DNA of 64,000 bases, taken from the NCBI GenBank assembly GCA_044356455.1, contig JBIKWF010000003.1, positions 32,001 through 96,000 on the forward strand. The letters are read 5' to 3'. This DNA is from Bdellovibrionota bacterium. GTDB taxonomy: Bacteria; Bdellovibrionota_C; UBA2361; JBGSMV01. Below are positions 21,423 through 30,656 of this stretch, one piece after another; the stretch's first letter is position 1; every line of letters begins with the position of its first letter. Made by a program: the position numbers and the translations under genes. The notes beneath the pieces are model-generated. The model did not search any database. It saw only the letters and a program-made list of their open reading frames with translations, and had not been told where the DNA came from.

Positions 21423-22142
21423 TCAATTCGCTCTCTCAACACCATAAATCCAGCGCTCATCCTCTTCAGGCCTAAGGGTGAGAGGCAGATTAAAAATCAT
21501 CTTTCCCGCCCCGTCGGGGAAAACAGTTCGAGAGCCCCCCCGCTCGTATTCACCGAATAGTCCATCAAAGTGGAAAACCGAGGTCCACGTTCGATGTCCA
21601 AACACCAAATGCCCAGGGCGGGGGCACAGCGGCTCGCGCTTCTCGGCAGGCGAAGAAGAGAAGACCGAAGAAGCTCCGCCCTTCTCTGGAGCGCGAAGTT
21701 CAAGACTGTACCAATGCTGGAAGCTATAATGGAAATGCGACGCCGACGTAAAGTCATCTCCGCCCTTGAGCGAAACAATCTCTGAGGTCTCAGTATCTAT
21801 TCGCCGCTGGTTGTGGATGACAATCGCGCACACTCCGTTTTCTTTCGCATACCGACTAATCGAAGCAAGAAACGCAAGCCGATCACGCGAATACTGCGCT
21901 CCTGCCATGACTGTCTGAAGATACTGAGGCAGAGCCGCCTCAGCGTAGGGGGCTTTCCTTACCGGGTTCGCAGTTCCCATACAAGGAACCAGAGAAGCAA
22001 CAAGCTCTTGTGCGGCGGCTACACTATTTCGAACGCGCTCATGTTTTGCGGCATTTGCTAAGGTATGACTATGGGATGTCACTTCGCCTATCACTGCCCC
22101 CGCATGCTGCCTAGGACCGAGAGAAGTCTTGGATTGCATCAT
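21423..22142 (-). CDS. Hypothetical protein
   Basis: Long ORF. The ORF-track start at 22238 lies inside the repeat element, so ATG 22142 is preferred. Confidence 0.5.
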   Translation of the reverse strand: MMQSKTSLGPRQHAGAVIGEVTSHSHTLANAAKHERVRNSVAAAQELVASLVPCMGTANPVRKAPYAEAALPQYLQTVMAGAQYSRDRLAFLASISRYAKENGVCAIVIHNQRRIDTETSEIVSLKGGDDFTSASHFHYSFQHWYSLELRAPEKGGASSVFSSSPAEKREPLCPRPGHLVFGHRTWTSVFHFDGLFGEYERGGSRTVFPDGAGKMIFNLPLTLRPEEDERWIYGVERAN

Positions 22143-22188
22143 CCAAGGATGAATAATCCGGGCTCTGTTAAATGCAAAGTAAAATTCA

Positions 22189-22316
22189 CTAGGGAATTTC
22201 TGAAAAAGTCTGCTCAGTGAACTCTGTGGTTGATTCAAAAAGTTAAAAAACCACAGAGAACACCGAGATCACAGAGAGAAGAAATAAAATATCGCGGTTT
22301 TTCAGAGGCTCCCTAG
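22189..22316. mobile_element. MITE-like palindromic element, copy 2 (128 bp)
   Basis: CTAG-GGAATTTCTGAAAAAG ... CTCTGTGGTT-17nt-AACCACAGAG ... GTTTTTCAGAGGCTCC-CTAG. Confidence 0.85.
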
Positions 22317-22405
22317 GCATTTGGCTTATGGGGCCCTGCCCCAAGCCCAAAGACCGCATACGCATCAAGTGGCTTTGCCTCATTCTTAAAGGGCATTACG
22401 AAGGG

Positions 22406-23293
22406 TTAGCGTAACAAGAGCGTTAGAAGCACTCCCCCAACGATGAGGACAACAGGAAGCGCCCGCGCGGCTGCCTTGGTCTCGTTAAATACAAAGCGGC
22501 CCACGAGAAGCGCAGCAAGGGGATGTATCAATCGAAGAGTCGCCACGATCGCAAGGGGCGCAAAACTATTGGCAAGTCCCACGGCGCCGAAACCAATTGA
22601 CCAGATGATGCCTGTAATAATTACTTGCCTTGGCGCTTTCCTAAAAAGTGCGAACAGCGAGTTGCCCCGAAAAACCATTACGGCGCCATACACCACCAAT
22701 TCTCCGACCATCACAAAGGTAAGAAATTGGAGCCCCAGTTCCGGCGGAGCTGCCATCTTCTGGGCGGCGCCAATCAGGGGAGCCATCATTACTGCGAGAA
22801 TCATGAACTGCGCAGCTCGGTCTTTGAAAATTGCCTTAAGTGGCGCGAGCCCACTTCGCGCTTCCGGGGAATCCGTGGTCATCCCCATTAGGTAAGCGCC
22901 CACGACGGCAAATCCCGCACCAAGAATCGCTCCCCAGCTAACCTCCTCACCTAACACAAAGTAGCCGATGGGAATGGCAAAGAGCGGCACGAGAGAAACA
23001 AGGGGAATCACGAGTGAGTATTCTCCTCGTCGAAGGCTACTTACAAACCCAAACTCTCCAAGGCAAAGGGCGGCAATTCCAAGCAGAACCCAGCGCTCAA
23101 ACCCCTCATGCATTTGAGCAGGCACCTCTGGGCGCATGAGCGCTAGCAAAAGCATGTTCATGGGAATGGCAATCAGGAGATTGCTCACCACCACTACCTC
23201 ATTGGGAGCAATCTCGGTCAGACGCTTCTTGCCTGCATCGCCAAAAAGAATAAAGCCTGTGCCCACAAGCACGAGCAAAACTGCAATCAACAT
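22406..23293 (-). CDS. EamA/DMT family transporter
   Basis: About 10 TM segments with two-repeat organisation; SLVIPL..LVPLFA..GYFVLGE. Confidence 0.85.
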   Translation of the reverse strand: MLIAVLLVLVGTGFILFGDAGKKRLTEIAPNEVVVVSNLLIAIPMNMLLLALMRPEVPAQMHEGFERWVLLGIAALCLGEFGFVSSLRRGEYSLVIPLVSLVPLFAIPIGYFVLGEEVSWGAILGAGFAVVGAYLMGMTTDSPEARSGLAPLKAIFKDRAAQFMILAVMMAPLIGAAQKMAAPPELGLQFLTFVMVGELVVYGAVMVFRGNSLFALFRKAPRQVIITGIIWSIGFGAVGLANSFAPLAIVATLRLIHPLAALLVGRFVFNETKAAARALPVVLIVGGVLLTLLLR

Positions 23294-23326
23294 AGCGGAG
23301 TGTTCGTTAGAAAAGCACAGCCCGCG

Positions 23327-23668
23327 TTATTTGCGGCGCCAGCTACCATCGGGCATCTGCACAAAGTTACCTGAAGTAGTTGCCTCAATTGCTCGTTTGC
23401 CTGCGAGGCTTTCAACGGCTGCAAGTGCCGTGCCATTCTTTGCGGCAATCTCTGCATATTTTTCGCGCCTCTGCTCATTAATATCCGCCATAACTTTTGC
23501 GGCCTCGGCATTGCCTGCCTGCACGAGTCCGAGATACCCGCTCGGAGTCTCGCCGAGGAATCCTTGACGCTTGGCGTCATCTAATGAGAGGGCATACGCG
23601 CTCGAAACAACAAGAAGGAGACTAAGAAAAAGCGCGAGAAATGTAACGGGACGAAATATTTTGGTCAT
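23327..23668 (-). CDS. ydbL: YdbL family (DUF1318) periplasmic protein
   Basis: LDDAKRQGFLGETPSGYL, INEQRREKYAEIA, GSWRRK; signal peptide from ATG 23668; synteny. Confidence 0.9.
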   Translation of the reverse strand: MTKIFRPVTFLALFLSLLLVVSSAYALSLDDAKRQGFLGETPSGYLGLVQAGNAEAAKVMADINEQRREKYAEIAAKNGTALAAVESLAGKRAIEATTSGNFVQMPDGSWRRK

Positions 23669-23675
23669 ATACCTG

Positions 23676-23861
23676 CTAGAATAATTTACTGTCTTTACTG
23701 ATAACTTCTTCAAGATCGCGCTCTACCTTGACCCGCACTTCGTGATCAATTTTCACGTTAAGATTGATTGTTATCGGCTTATCGGACGCAGAAACCTCGA
23801 CTCGAGGTGTGCATGCGGTGCAGGCAAGCCCTATGAGAATGAAGGGAAGAAGTGCTTTCAT
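23676..23861 (-). CDS. ynbE: YnbE family lipoprotein
   Basis: Lipobox TAC; TPRVEV..DKPITINLNVKIDHEVRVKVERD..LF. Confidence 0.92.
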   Translation of the reverse strand: MKALLPFILIGLACTACTPRVEVSASDKPITINLNVKIDHEVRVKVERDLEEVISKDSKLF

Positions 23862-23915
23862 ATCCTCTTGATTACTGCACTTATGGGAAGACCGCCAGTG
23901 AGATGCATCACAGGA

Positions 23916-25463
23916 TCATTTCCGCGAAGCGCCGACCTCGCCTGTAATTTTTTTAAATTCCGGTCCTTCTCCCCGCGCAAGTTGCAGACTGCGCCAAAGC
24001 GAATACAGGTTATCGTGAAGATCAATGTTCAAGTTTACGGGTCGGCCTCCTTGCCAGGCAGGATTTCGCCCGCGTAGGGACAAGCCAAGCGTGAGATCTC
24101 CTTGCCGAGTCATCGCAACAGAAGACTCTAGGAAATCATAGCGGAAATCGCGCAAAACCTCAGTCGATAGAGCCAGGGCGGAAGGAGTGTCTTCTGCACT
24201 AGCGCCGGCAAGCTCGTACGCAATCAACCCCCCAGGCTCGCGGGCCCTGAGTTTTCCGTTTTCTATTGCAGGCCCTGCACTATCATAGTGCAGCTCGAGT
24301 TCCCCATCGATGCTGCCTTCAGCTCGTAGGCCCTCTTGAGGGTATAATTTTAAGAGTTCAGCGAGCTTCACGTTCTCTATTTGTATCGGCACGCGCATTA
24401 ACAAATCGCTCCCATCAATAGGGAAAGAAGCCTTGGGAATCCTCACCTCTCCACCAAGTACTTCAAATCCAACTTCAGAAAGCTCGGCTTCCTTTGGGGA
24501 TACCACCGAAATATTGGCGCGTAGATCCGTCAGTGGCACCGGGCTAAATAGGTTGCCAATGGTGACTCGCGCGGGCCGCACGGTGCGCAGCGCCGGTAAA
24601 ATCTCAAACGAGGCTTCTGCCCCAATGTTCTTTGCCTCAACCGATTGAAACGAACTTCTCCCCTCGCGAAGTACCACTGAGGCGGTGAATTCGGAGGCTT
24701 TGCCCCAGCTCCCCTTAACAAAGCCGCTTAGTTTCCCCTCGCTAAGATCAAGTGGAAGAATCCAGGCTGGGTGAATCTGAGAAAGCGGTACTCCAGCTTT
24801 TGCGAAATCAATTTCTTTAACTGAGGCCTCAAGCGCTCCCATTTTCGTTTCGAGGGAATGCGATATCGAGCCGCCAATGAATTCTCCAAGAGCTGGGTGC
24901 CGTGCTTTGAATGTCACTTCGATGTTCTGATTGATAAGAGAGAACTCACCGCTCCAATCCAGGACAGGAATGTCATATTGTCCAAGGCGCAGGGCAAATT
25001 GTGGAATCTGGAAAGTCCCCCGCAAGGCATCGTTGGAGGTCACAAGCTGCAACGAGACCGAAAAGTCCAGAGGAGGCGCTTGGGGAAGGAGAATATTCAC
25101 TTCTCCACCTGTGAGCGCGAGGGATGATAAACCAAAGCTACGCCAATCGAAGTGGACTTCTACTTGTGAAATATCCGCCAAAAGCTTCGCCTGCTCTTGC
25201 CCACAAGCAATTTGAAGGTCGCCGAGGCGAATACCACGCCAATGAGGCTCAATACTCGCAGCGCGAAGCGATGAGCACCCACCTTTTTGCGCAAGATGAG
25301 TGAGCCCTTTCTCGATAAGAGTAGAGCTATGTTCGCGCCAAAGGGAAGTAAGGAGAAGAAAGCCGAGCACCACATTGGCAAGGAGTAACAAAGCAATTCT
25401 CAAAGGACGGGCTCGCCAAATCGAGATTGAGGCCCGGCGGGGCGGGGGCGGGTCCAGGCTCAT
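23916..25463 (-). CDS. ydbH: YdbH-like intermembrane lipid transport protein
   Basis: N-terminal anchor, beta-rich body, C-terminal LRDFRYDFL...LRGRNP...GRPVNLNIDL; synteny with ynbE-ydbL; ATG 25463 preferred. Confidence 0.85.
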   Translation of the reverse strand: MSLDPPPPRRASISIWRARPLRIALLLLANVVLGFLLLTSLWREHSSTLIEKGLTHLAQKGGCSSLRAASIEPHWRGIRLGDLQIACGQEQAKLLADISQVEVHFDWRSFGLSSLALTGGEVNILLPQAPPLDFSVSLQLVTSNDALRGTFQIPQFALRLGQYDIPVLDWSGEFSLINQNIEVTFKARHPALGEFIGGSISHSLETKMGALEASVKEIDFAKAGVPLSQIHPAWILPLDLSEGKLSGFVKGSWGKASEFTASVVLREGRSSFQSVEAKNIGAEASFEILPALRTVRPARVTIGNLFSPVPLTDLRANISVVSPKEAELSEVGFEVLGGEVRIPKASFPIDGSDLLMRVPIQIENVKLAELLKLYPQEGLRAEGSIDGELELHYDSAGPAIENGKLRAREPGGLIAYELAGASAEDTPSALALSTEVLRDFRYDFLESSVAMTRQGDLTLGLSLRGRNPAWQGGRPVNLNIDLHDNLYSLWRSLQLARGEGPEFKKITGEVGASRK

Positions 25464-25485
25464 ATAAGCATTGCCTCTCAAATCT

Positions 25486-26700
25486 TTACTGAGCGGTGTG
25501 CACCTTTGCCCCAGACACCTTGCCATCAAGAGCAATCGAGACGGTGAGATCGCTCATCACGTTGGTCATTGACCTAAGCCTTGCCACAAACCAGTCCACC
25601 GTGAGAAGCAGCGGCAGAATTTCAATCGGCAGGCCTACGGTGACGAGAACTAGCGAAAGCGAAATAAGGCCGGCTTCTGGGACCCCCGCCACGCCGATCG
25701 CGGCAACTACACACAAAAGTGCCGCGGCAACTTGAGAATACATTGACAATTCTATCCCATACGCCTGAGCAACAAAGAGCACGGCGACTGCCTCGTAGAG
25801 CAGAATTCCGTCATTATTTAAATTAGTTCCGACGCACGCACCAAGCCGCGAAGAAGCTTTAGAGATCCCCAAGCGGTCAAGCGCCTTAAGGGTCAGAGGT
25901 AGTGTGGCCAGACTGCTATTTACACCAAAGGCGTGGATCATTGGACGATAGGCGGCTGCCCAGAACTTTCGAAGCGGCATGCCAGCCACAAGACAAATCC
26001 ATACGTGATAGACAACGAGGCAATGAAGAAAGAGCCCTACCGTGCAAATGAGCACGTACCATAACAATCCCTGGAAGGGGGCAAAACCGTACTGGCCGAC
26101 GGTCTTACTTACGACTCCAAACACGGCAAGGGGAACGATACGAGTAAGCCAGTGCAAAATTTGCTCACTCACTCGCAGTGCGAACTGGAGATACTCTTCA
26201 ACTCGAAGTTCCTTATTCGGCATTTTCTCGCGAACTGAGCGAATGCTAAGCCCAATCAGCAACGCCAGGAGCACTGCAGCAATCACATTGTTCTCGGCGA
26301 AGGGCGAGATGACGCTGCTGGGAAGATAGCCCATCAATGCGGCGCTTAATTCAAACTTTTTGGTCACGAATTGCGAGAGTTCTGCCTGCCCCGCAGGCGC
26401 ATCTGGCACCGTGAGCGTGGAACCAAGATGGAAATAATTAGAAAGAGTAAGTCCAAGGGCTGCCGCAAGGACTGCGTTAGTTGCCACAATCCTTAAGAGA
26501 TGCGCCGCCTTTTTTAGAGGAATCTGAGTTGTCGCAAGGGCATCTAGAATGGCAAAGAATACTAGGGGAATAGCGAGCGCCTTGATGAGGTCGATCAAAA
26601 CCTTCCCCAAAAGCCCAAGCGGAGCCGCCTCGGGACCAAAGGTCCAGCCACAAAGGATTCCGCACACCATTGCGAGAAAGATCTGGAGGGGCTGTGACAA
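25486..26700 (-). CDS. Dicarboxylate/amino acid:cation symporter (DAACS)
   Basis: LIKALAIPLVF, PLAVFG, NSSLATLP, GTNLNNDG, GVAGVP, DWFVARLRSMTNVMSD. Confidence 0.92.
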   Translation of the reverse strand: MSQPLQIFLAMVCGILCGWTFGPEAAPLGLLGKVLIDLIKALAIPLVFFAILDALATTQIPLKKAAHLLRIVATNAVLAAALGLTLSNYFHLGSTLTVPDAPAGQAELSQFVTKKFELSAALMGYLPSSVISPFAENNVIAAVLLALLIGLSIRSVREKMPNKELRVEEYLQFALRVSEQILHWLTRIVPLAVFGVVSKTVGQYGFAPFQGLLWYVLICTVGLFLHCLVVYHVWICLVAGMPLRKFWAAAYRPMIHAFGVNSSLATLPLTLKALDRLGISKASSRLGACVGTNLNNDGILLYEAVAVLFVAQAYGIELSMYSQVAAALLCVVAAIGVAGVPEAGLISLSLVLVTVGLPIEILPLLLTVDWFVARLRSMTNVMSDLTVSIALDGKVSGAKVHTAQ

Positions 26701-26753
26701 ATGATTTCCTCTACTAGAACGCTGCGCCTCTGCAGGATGCGCGCGAGTTGCAA

Positions 26754-26881
26754 CTAAGAAACCTCTGAAACACCTCGATGCTTTATATTTTCTCTCTGTG
26801 AACTCTGTGTCCTCTGTGGTTTTTCAACAGTTTAAATCAACCACAGAGTTCGCAGAGCAGGCTTTTTCAGAGATTACCTAA
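26754..26881. mobile_element. MITE-like palindromic element, copy 3 (128 bp, inverted orientation)
   Basis: CTAA-GAAACCTCTGAAACACC ... CTCTGTGGTT-17nt-AACCACAGAG ... CTTTTTCAGAGATTAC-CTAA; direct CTAA flanks; abuts the cysK stop. Confidence 0.85.
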
Positions 26882-27799
26882 CTAAAGAGGAAACAAGCCC
26901 TCAATAGAGAGATAACGTTCACCAGTGTCATAGCAAAACGTAAGAACGGTGCTCCCTGCCGGGATTTCGGAAATCTTCTTTGCAACCGCTGCAAGCGAAG
27001 CACCTGAAGAGGGCCCAATAAATATCCCTTCCTCCCTTACCGCGCGGCGCGCATAGGTATAGGCCTCTTCAGCTTCGACCTGAATAACTCCATCAAGGAG
27101 TTCCTTCTTAAGATTCTGAGGAATAAACCCAGCCCCAATGCCTTGGATAGGATGAGGAGCAGGCTGACCCCCACTAATCACGGGCGACTTGGCCGGTTCG
27201 ACCGCGAAGACTTTAAGTTTCGGAAACTTTTCCTTCAGAATCTCTGCGCAACCCGAAATATGCCCTCCCGTGCCCACGCCCGTGATGAGGTAGTCAATGC
27301 CGTTCGGGAAATCGCGCAGAATCTCTTGCGCGGTTGTCCGGCGATGAATCTCAATATTGGCTTCATTCTCAAACTGCTGCGGCATCCATGCACCAGGCGT
27401 CTCAGAGACAAGCTGCTTCGCGCGCTCTATCGCGCCTCGCATTCCTTTCTCCTTCGGCGTCAGGTCAAAAGTTGCGCCAAGTGCCGCCATATAGCGACGC
27501 CTCTCTACGGACATTGATTCCGGCATTACAAGAATCAATTTGTAGCCCTTTACCGCTGCCGCCATCGCAAGACCAATGCCAGTATTTCCTGAGGTGGGCT
27601 CGATAATCACGCTGTGTGCGTTCAAAACCCCACGTCGCTCGGCATCCTCGACCATGGCAAGCCCAATCCTGTCCTTAATACTTCCACCTGGGTTTGCTCT
27701 TTCTAACTTCATCCAGACGCTTACGTCTGAACGGAAAAGCTTATTGATACGGACGTGGGGAGTATTTCCGATTGTTTCAAGGATATTATTGGCTTTCAT
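26882..27799 (-). CDS. cysK: Cysteine synthase A
   Basis: [46 protein letters not shown]. Confidence 0.97.
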   Translation of the reverse strand: MKANNILETIGNTPHVRINKLFRSDVSVWMKLERANPGGSIKDRIGLAMVEDAERRGVLNAHSVIIEPTSGNTGIGLAMAAAVKGYKLILVMPESMSVERRRYMAALGATFDLTPKEKGMRGAIERAKQLVSETPGAWMPQQFENEANIEIHRRTTAQEILRDFPNGIDYLITGVGTGGHISGCAEILKEKFPKLKVFAVEPAKSPVISGGQPAPHPIQGIGAGFIPQNLKKELLDGVIQVEAEEAYTYARRAVREEGIFIGPSSGASLAAVAKKISEIPAGSTVLTFCYDTGERYLSIEGLFPL

Positions 27800-27868
27800 A
27801 CGAGGCCCTAAAGAATTTTAACCTTATCTCACGTCCTCCAGGGGAGTCCATGAGAGCACCAAGTCTTC

Positions 27869-29170
27869 TTAAGAGACCGCGTCCAGAGCCGCGGAGAGAT
27901 CTCTAATGACGTCGTCGGGATTCTCAATACCAACCGCAAGTCGAATTCCTCCCGGATCTATCCCCGCCTTTACTTGCTCAGCAGCAGGGTATGCGACATG
28001 CGTAGTAGACCCCGGATGCTCAATTAATGTCCGAAGCTGACCCAGACTCACCGCAAGCGTGACTGCGTAAGAGTTCTGCGCAACAAAATCCATCATCTTG
28101 GCACCACGCTGCCGTGACTGCTCGGGGTCTTTCCCCTTCAGGGTGAAGTACACCATGAAGCCAGGGGCGAAGTTCCCTTGATAGTCCCGAAGCATACGTT
28201 TGGCGACTTCATATTGCGGGAAGGATTCAAGCCCTGGGTAGCGACATTTCTCCACCATCGGGTGTTTTTCGAGAAAGGCGGCAATTTTCTGAGCATTCTC
28301 TTGCTGACGCGGCACGCGAAGCCCAAGAGTAGACACGCCATACGTAAGAATGTGCCACGCGGTCTGCGGAGAAAGTGTTCCGCCAAAATCTTTGCGAATC
28401 TTGAAGAGTCTTTCGTGGAACTCTTTTCGAGTAACCACCACGCCGCCCATATGGGTGCCAAAACCGCTGAGCCCCTTGGTAAGACTATGAACGATAACAT
28501 CAACGCCAAACGCCGCGGGCCTTTGGCACCAAGGGGTCGCAAAAGTATTGTCCATAACGGTGATAATCTTGCGATCTGCAGGCCGAGACTTATTAATCTC
28601 GCGCACCTCCTTCATGATTGCTTCAAGGTCCAGGAGCTCAAGCGTTGGGTTCGCAGGAGACTCTAGATAAAGCACGCGAGTCTTCTCCGTAACGAGAGGA
28701 ACAAAACTTTTTGCGTTCGTAAGGTTGGCAAACTGGACTTTAAATCCAAACCTCGGAAACCACTCAGTGAAGAGGCTGTAGGTGCAGCCATACACCATGC
28801 TGTGCGAAATAACTTCCGATCCCGCGTCCAACAGAAAGATGACCGCGGCTTGAACTGCTGCCATTCCGGAGGCAAAGGTAAAGGCCATTTCGCTTTCTTC
28901 AGCGAGCGCGAGGGCATACTGCAGCATATTATTGTTAGGCTCGCCCATGCGGTCGTACACATACATCGCATCAGGTCCCCCGCTCGGCAGCTTACCGAGG
29001 GCGCCAAAGGCATCTGCGCCTCGCTGGGAGGAGTCAAGCCGAAACGTGCTCGATGCGGTCATGGGAGGAATAACATGGTGAGAATAATCCCACTCTTCGG
29101 TGAAAGATTTGCCGTAGATGAGGCGAGTAGGGATACTGTATTTGGTTTCGTCGAGCTTTTTTAGTGCCAT
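27869..29170 (-). CDS. PLP-dependent trans-sulfuration enzyme (methionine/cystathionine gamma-lyase-like)
   Basis: FASGMAA, YGCT, ESPANPT, DNTFATP, HSLTK, AVSLG, IRLAVGIE; ATG 29170 preferred. Confidence 0.9.
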   Translation of the reverse strand: MALKKLDETKYSIPTRLIYGKSFTEEWDYSHHVIPPMTASSTFRLDSSQRGADAFGALGKLPSGGPDAMYVYDRMGEPNNNMLQYALALAEESEMAFTFASGMAAVQAAVIFLLDAGSEVISHSMVYGCTYSLFTEWFPRFGFKVQFANLTNAKSFVPLVTEKTRVLYLESPANPTLELLDLEAIMKEVREINKSRPADRKIITVMDNTFATPWCQRPAAFGVDVIVHSLTKGLSGFGTHMGGVVVTRKEFHERLFKIRKDFGGTLSPQTAWHILTYGVSTLGLRVPRQQENAQKIAAFLEKHPMVEKCRYPGLESFPQYEVAKRMLRDYQGNFAPGFMVYFTLKGKDPEQSRQRGAKMMDFVAQNSYAVTLAVSLGQLRTLIEHPGSTTHVAYPAAEQVKAGIDPGGIRLAVGIENPDDVIRDLSAALDAVS

Positions 29171-29230
29171 AGCAACCTTCTCGTAGAGATAAGACGGCGA
29201 AATGATAGCATACAAAGACGCCGAAGCAGG

Positions 29231-30007
29231 ATGACAAAAGTGACTTCAGAGCAAAATCCCTCACCTGCGCCTTGGTATGAAAGTGCCTTTGGCGAGGACT
29301 ATCTCAAGATATACGGGCATAGATCCCCAGAGCTGGCCGCACGCGAGGCCCGCTGGCTCACCACGGCTCTTGGCCTTTCCAGCAAAAATCTGGTTCTTGA
29401 TGCAGCCTGCGGCAATGGTCGTCATGTGGCTGCGCTGCAATCTTTAGGGATCCCCACAATCGGGGCTGATTTATCAAAAGAGCTCCTGTCGGCGAGTAGA
29501 GACTTATTCGGCTCCTTGCCACTCGCTCGCCACGATGTCAGAGCACTTCCCTTTAGCAAAGGAACGTTTAGCCATATCATGCTGCTCTTCACGAGCTTTG
29601 GGTATTTTCACTCGGACCAGGAGCATGTGGCTATGCTTCAAGAAATTCGGCAGGCACTTTCATCAGGAGGTACGTTTGTACTCGACTTTCTGAATGCCGC
29701 CCGCACTATTGAGAGTCTCGCTCCCGAGACCACTCGCACCGTAGGAGACTTAACCATCATTGAACGCAGAGAATACGATAAAGAAACCGGCAGAATAAAC
29801 AAAACTATCAAAGTCGCTTCACCTGGAGCAAACGGGGCCGAAACGGCTCGGAATTACCGCGAGTCGGTAAGAGCGTATACCGAGGAAGAACTTCGCGGCC
29901 TTTTGAAAGTAGCGGGATTTCGCATCGACGCACGGCACGGCGACTTTGATGGCGCCCCCTATTCTGCGTCAAGTCCACGACTTATTATGATTAGCCGAGC
30001 GACTTAA
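29231..30007 (+). CDS. Class I SAM-dependent methyltransferase (candidate bacillithiol N-methyltransferase)
   Basis: VLDAACGNGRH, GADLS, DVR, LFTSFGYF, GGTFVLDFLN, ESVRAY, SPRLI. Confidence 0.9.
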   Translation: MTKVTSEQNPSPAPWYESAFGEDYLKIYGHRSPELAAREARWLTTALGLSSKNLVLDAACGNGRHVAALQSLGIPTIGADLSKELLSASRDLFGSLPLARHDVRALPFSKGTFSHIMLLFTSFGYFHSDQEHVAMLQEIRQALSSGGTFVLDFLNAARTIESLAPETTRTVGDLTIIERREYDKETGRINKTIKVASPGANGAETARNYRESVRAYTEEELRGLLKVAGFRIDARHGDFDGAPYSASSPRLIMISRAT

Positions 30008-30453
30008 TCTCCGGCTGCACCATTTTTCGGAGCCGCAAGTGGCGTGCGGCCGATAAAAAAGGCTGCTCCGAGAAGCATGGCACCAAAAACAATCCCGATA
30101 AATGGCTGCGCCCAGCGCGCGCGCCACGAGTCTGGGATTGCTTCCTTGGGCGAGGCGGGATCAAAGAGTAAATTTATCGTCTTTCCGACTTCGAGTATCA
30201 CGGGGAATGCGTAGGACCTAAGCTCGACCTCGTGCCTGTCGCCCCGCGCATCAACAAACTCTGTGACAGGGAAAGAGCCCACTCGTTTGCCCGGCCAGGG
30301 CTTTTCGACATGAATTGCAATTACAGTCCCAACGACCTTCTCAGCTCTTGATACAAACCGAATGGAATGAAAGAGGGCGTAGGCCCCAAAAAGGAGCGGG
30401 ACTGCGGCGCAGATAAGGAGAAGGACTCCTAAACTATCAAATTGCTTCTTCAT
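30004..30453 (-). CDS. DUF3592-like membrane protein
   Basis: TM, beta domain (GTVIA...PVTEF...LLFDPASP), TM. Confidence 0.7.
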   Translation of the reverse strand: MKKQFDSLGVLLLICAAVPLLFGAYALFHSIRFVSRAEKVVGTVIAIHVEKPWPGKRVGSFPVTEFVDARGDRHEVELRSYAFPVILEVGKTINLLFDPASPKEAIPDSWRARWAQPFIGIVFGAMLLGAAFFIGRTPLAAPKNGAAGD

Positions 30454-30656
30454 TGCGCTCGCATTGTGGCCTTAGGAGCAAGGCAAGGAAAGGGCGGGAC
30501 TTGAGTTGAAATATCCCTAGGATTCAACATCTTGGCCAGAAGCGTGTCCGTAGGTAGGCTATCGCCTTGCCACCACAATATGTAGTGGTAGGAATTTTAC
30601 GGGACAGACTCCTCCCCCCTTCCCTTCTGAGGCGAGCCCCCTCATCATGCCCCGAC

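Noticed and set aside
22143..22238. N-terminal extension of the 271-aa ORF
   Set aside because: The start codon lies inside MITE copy 2.
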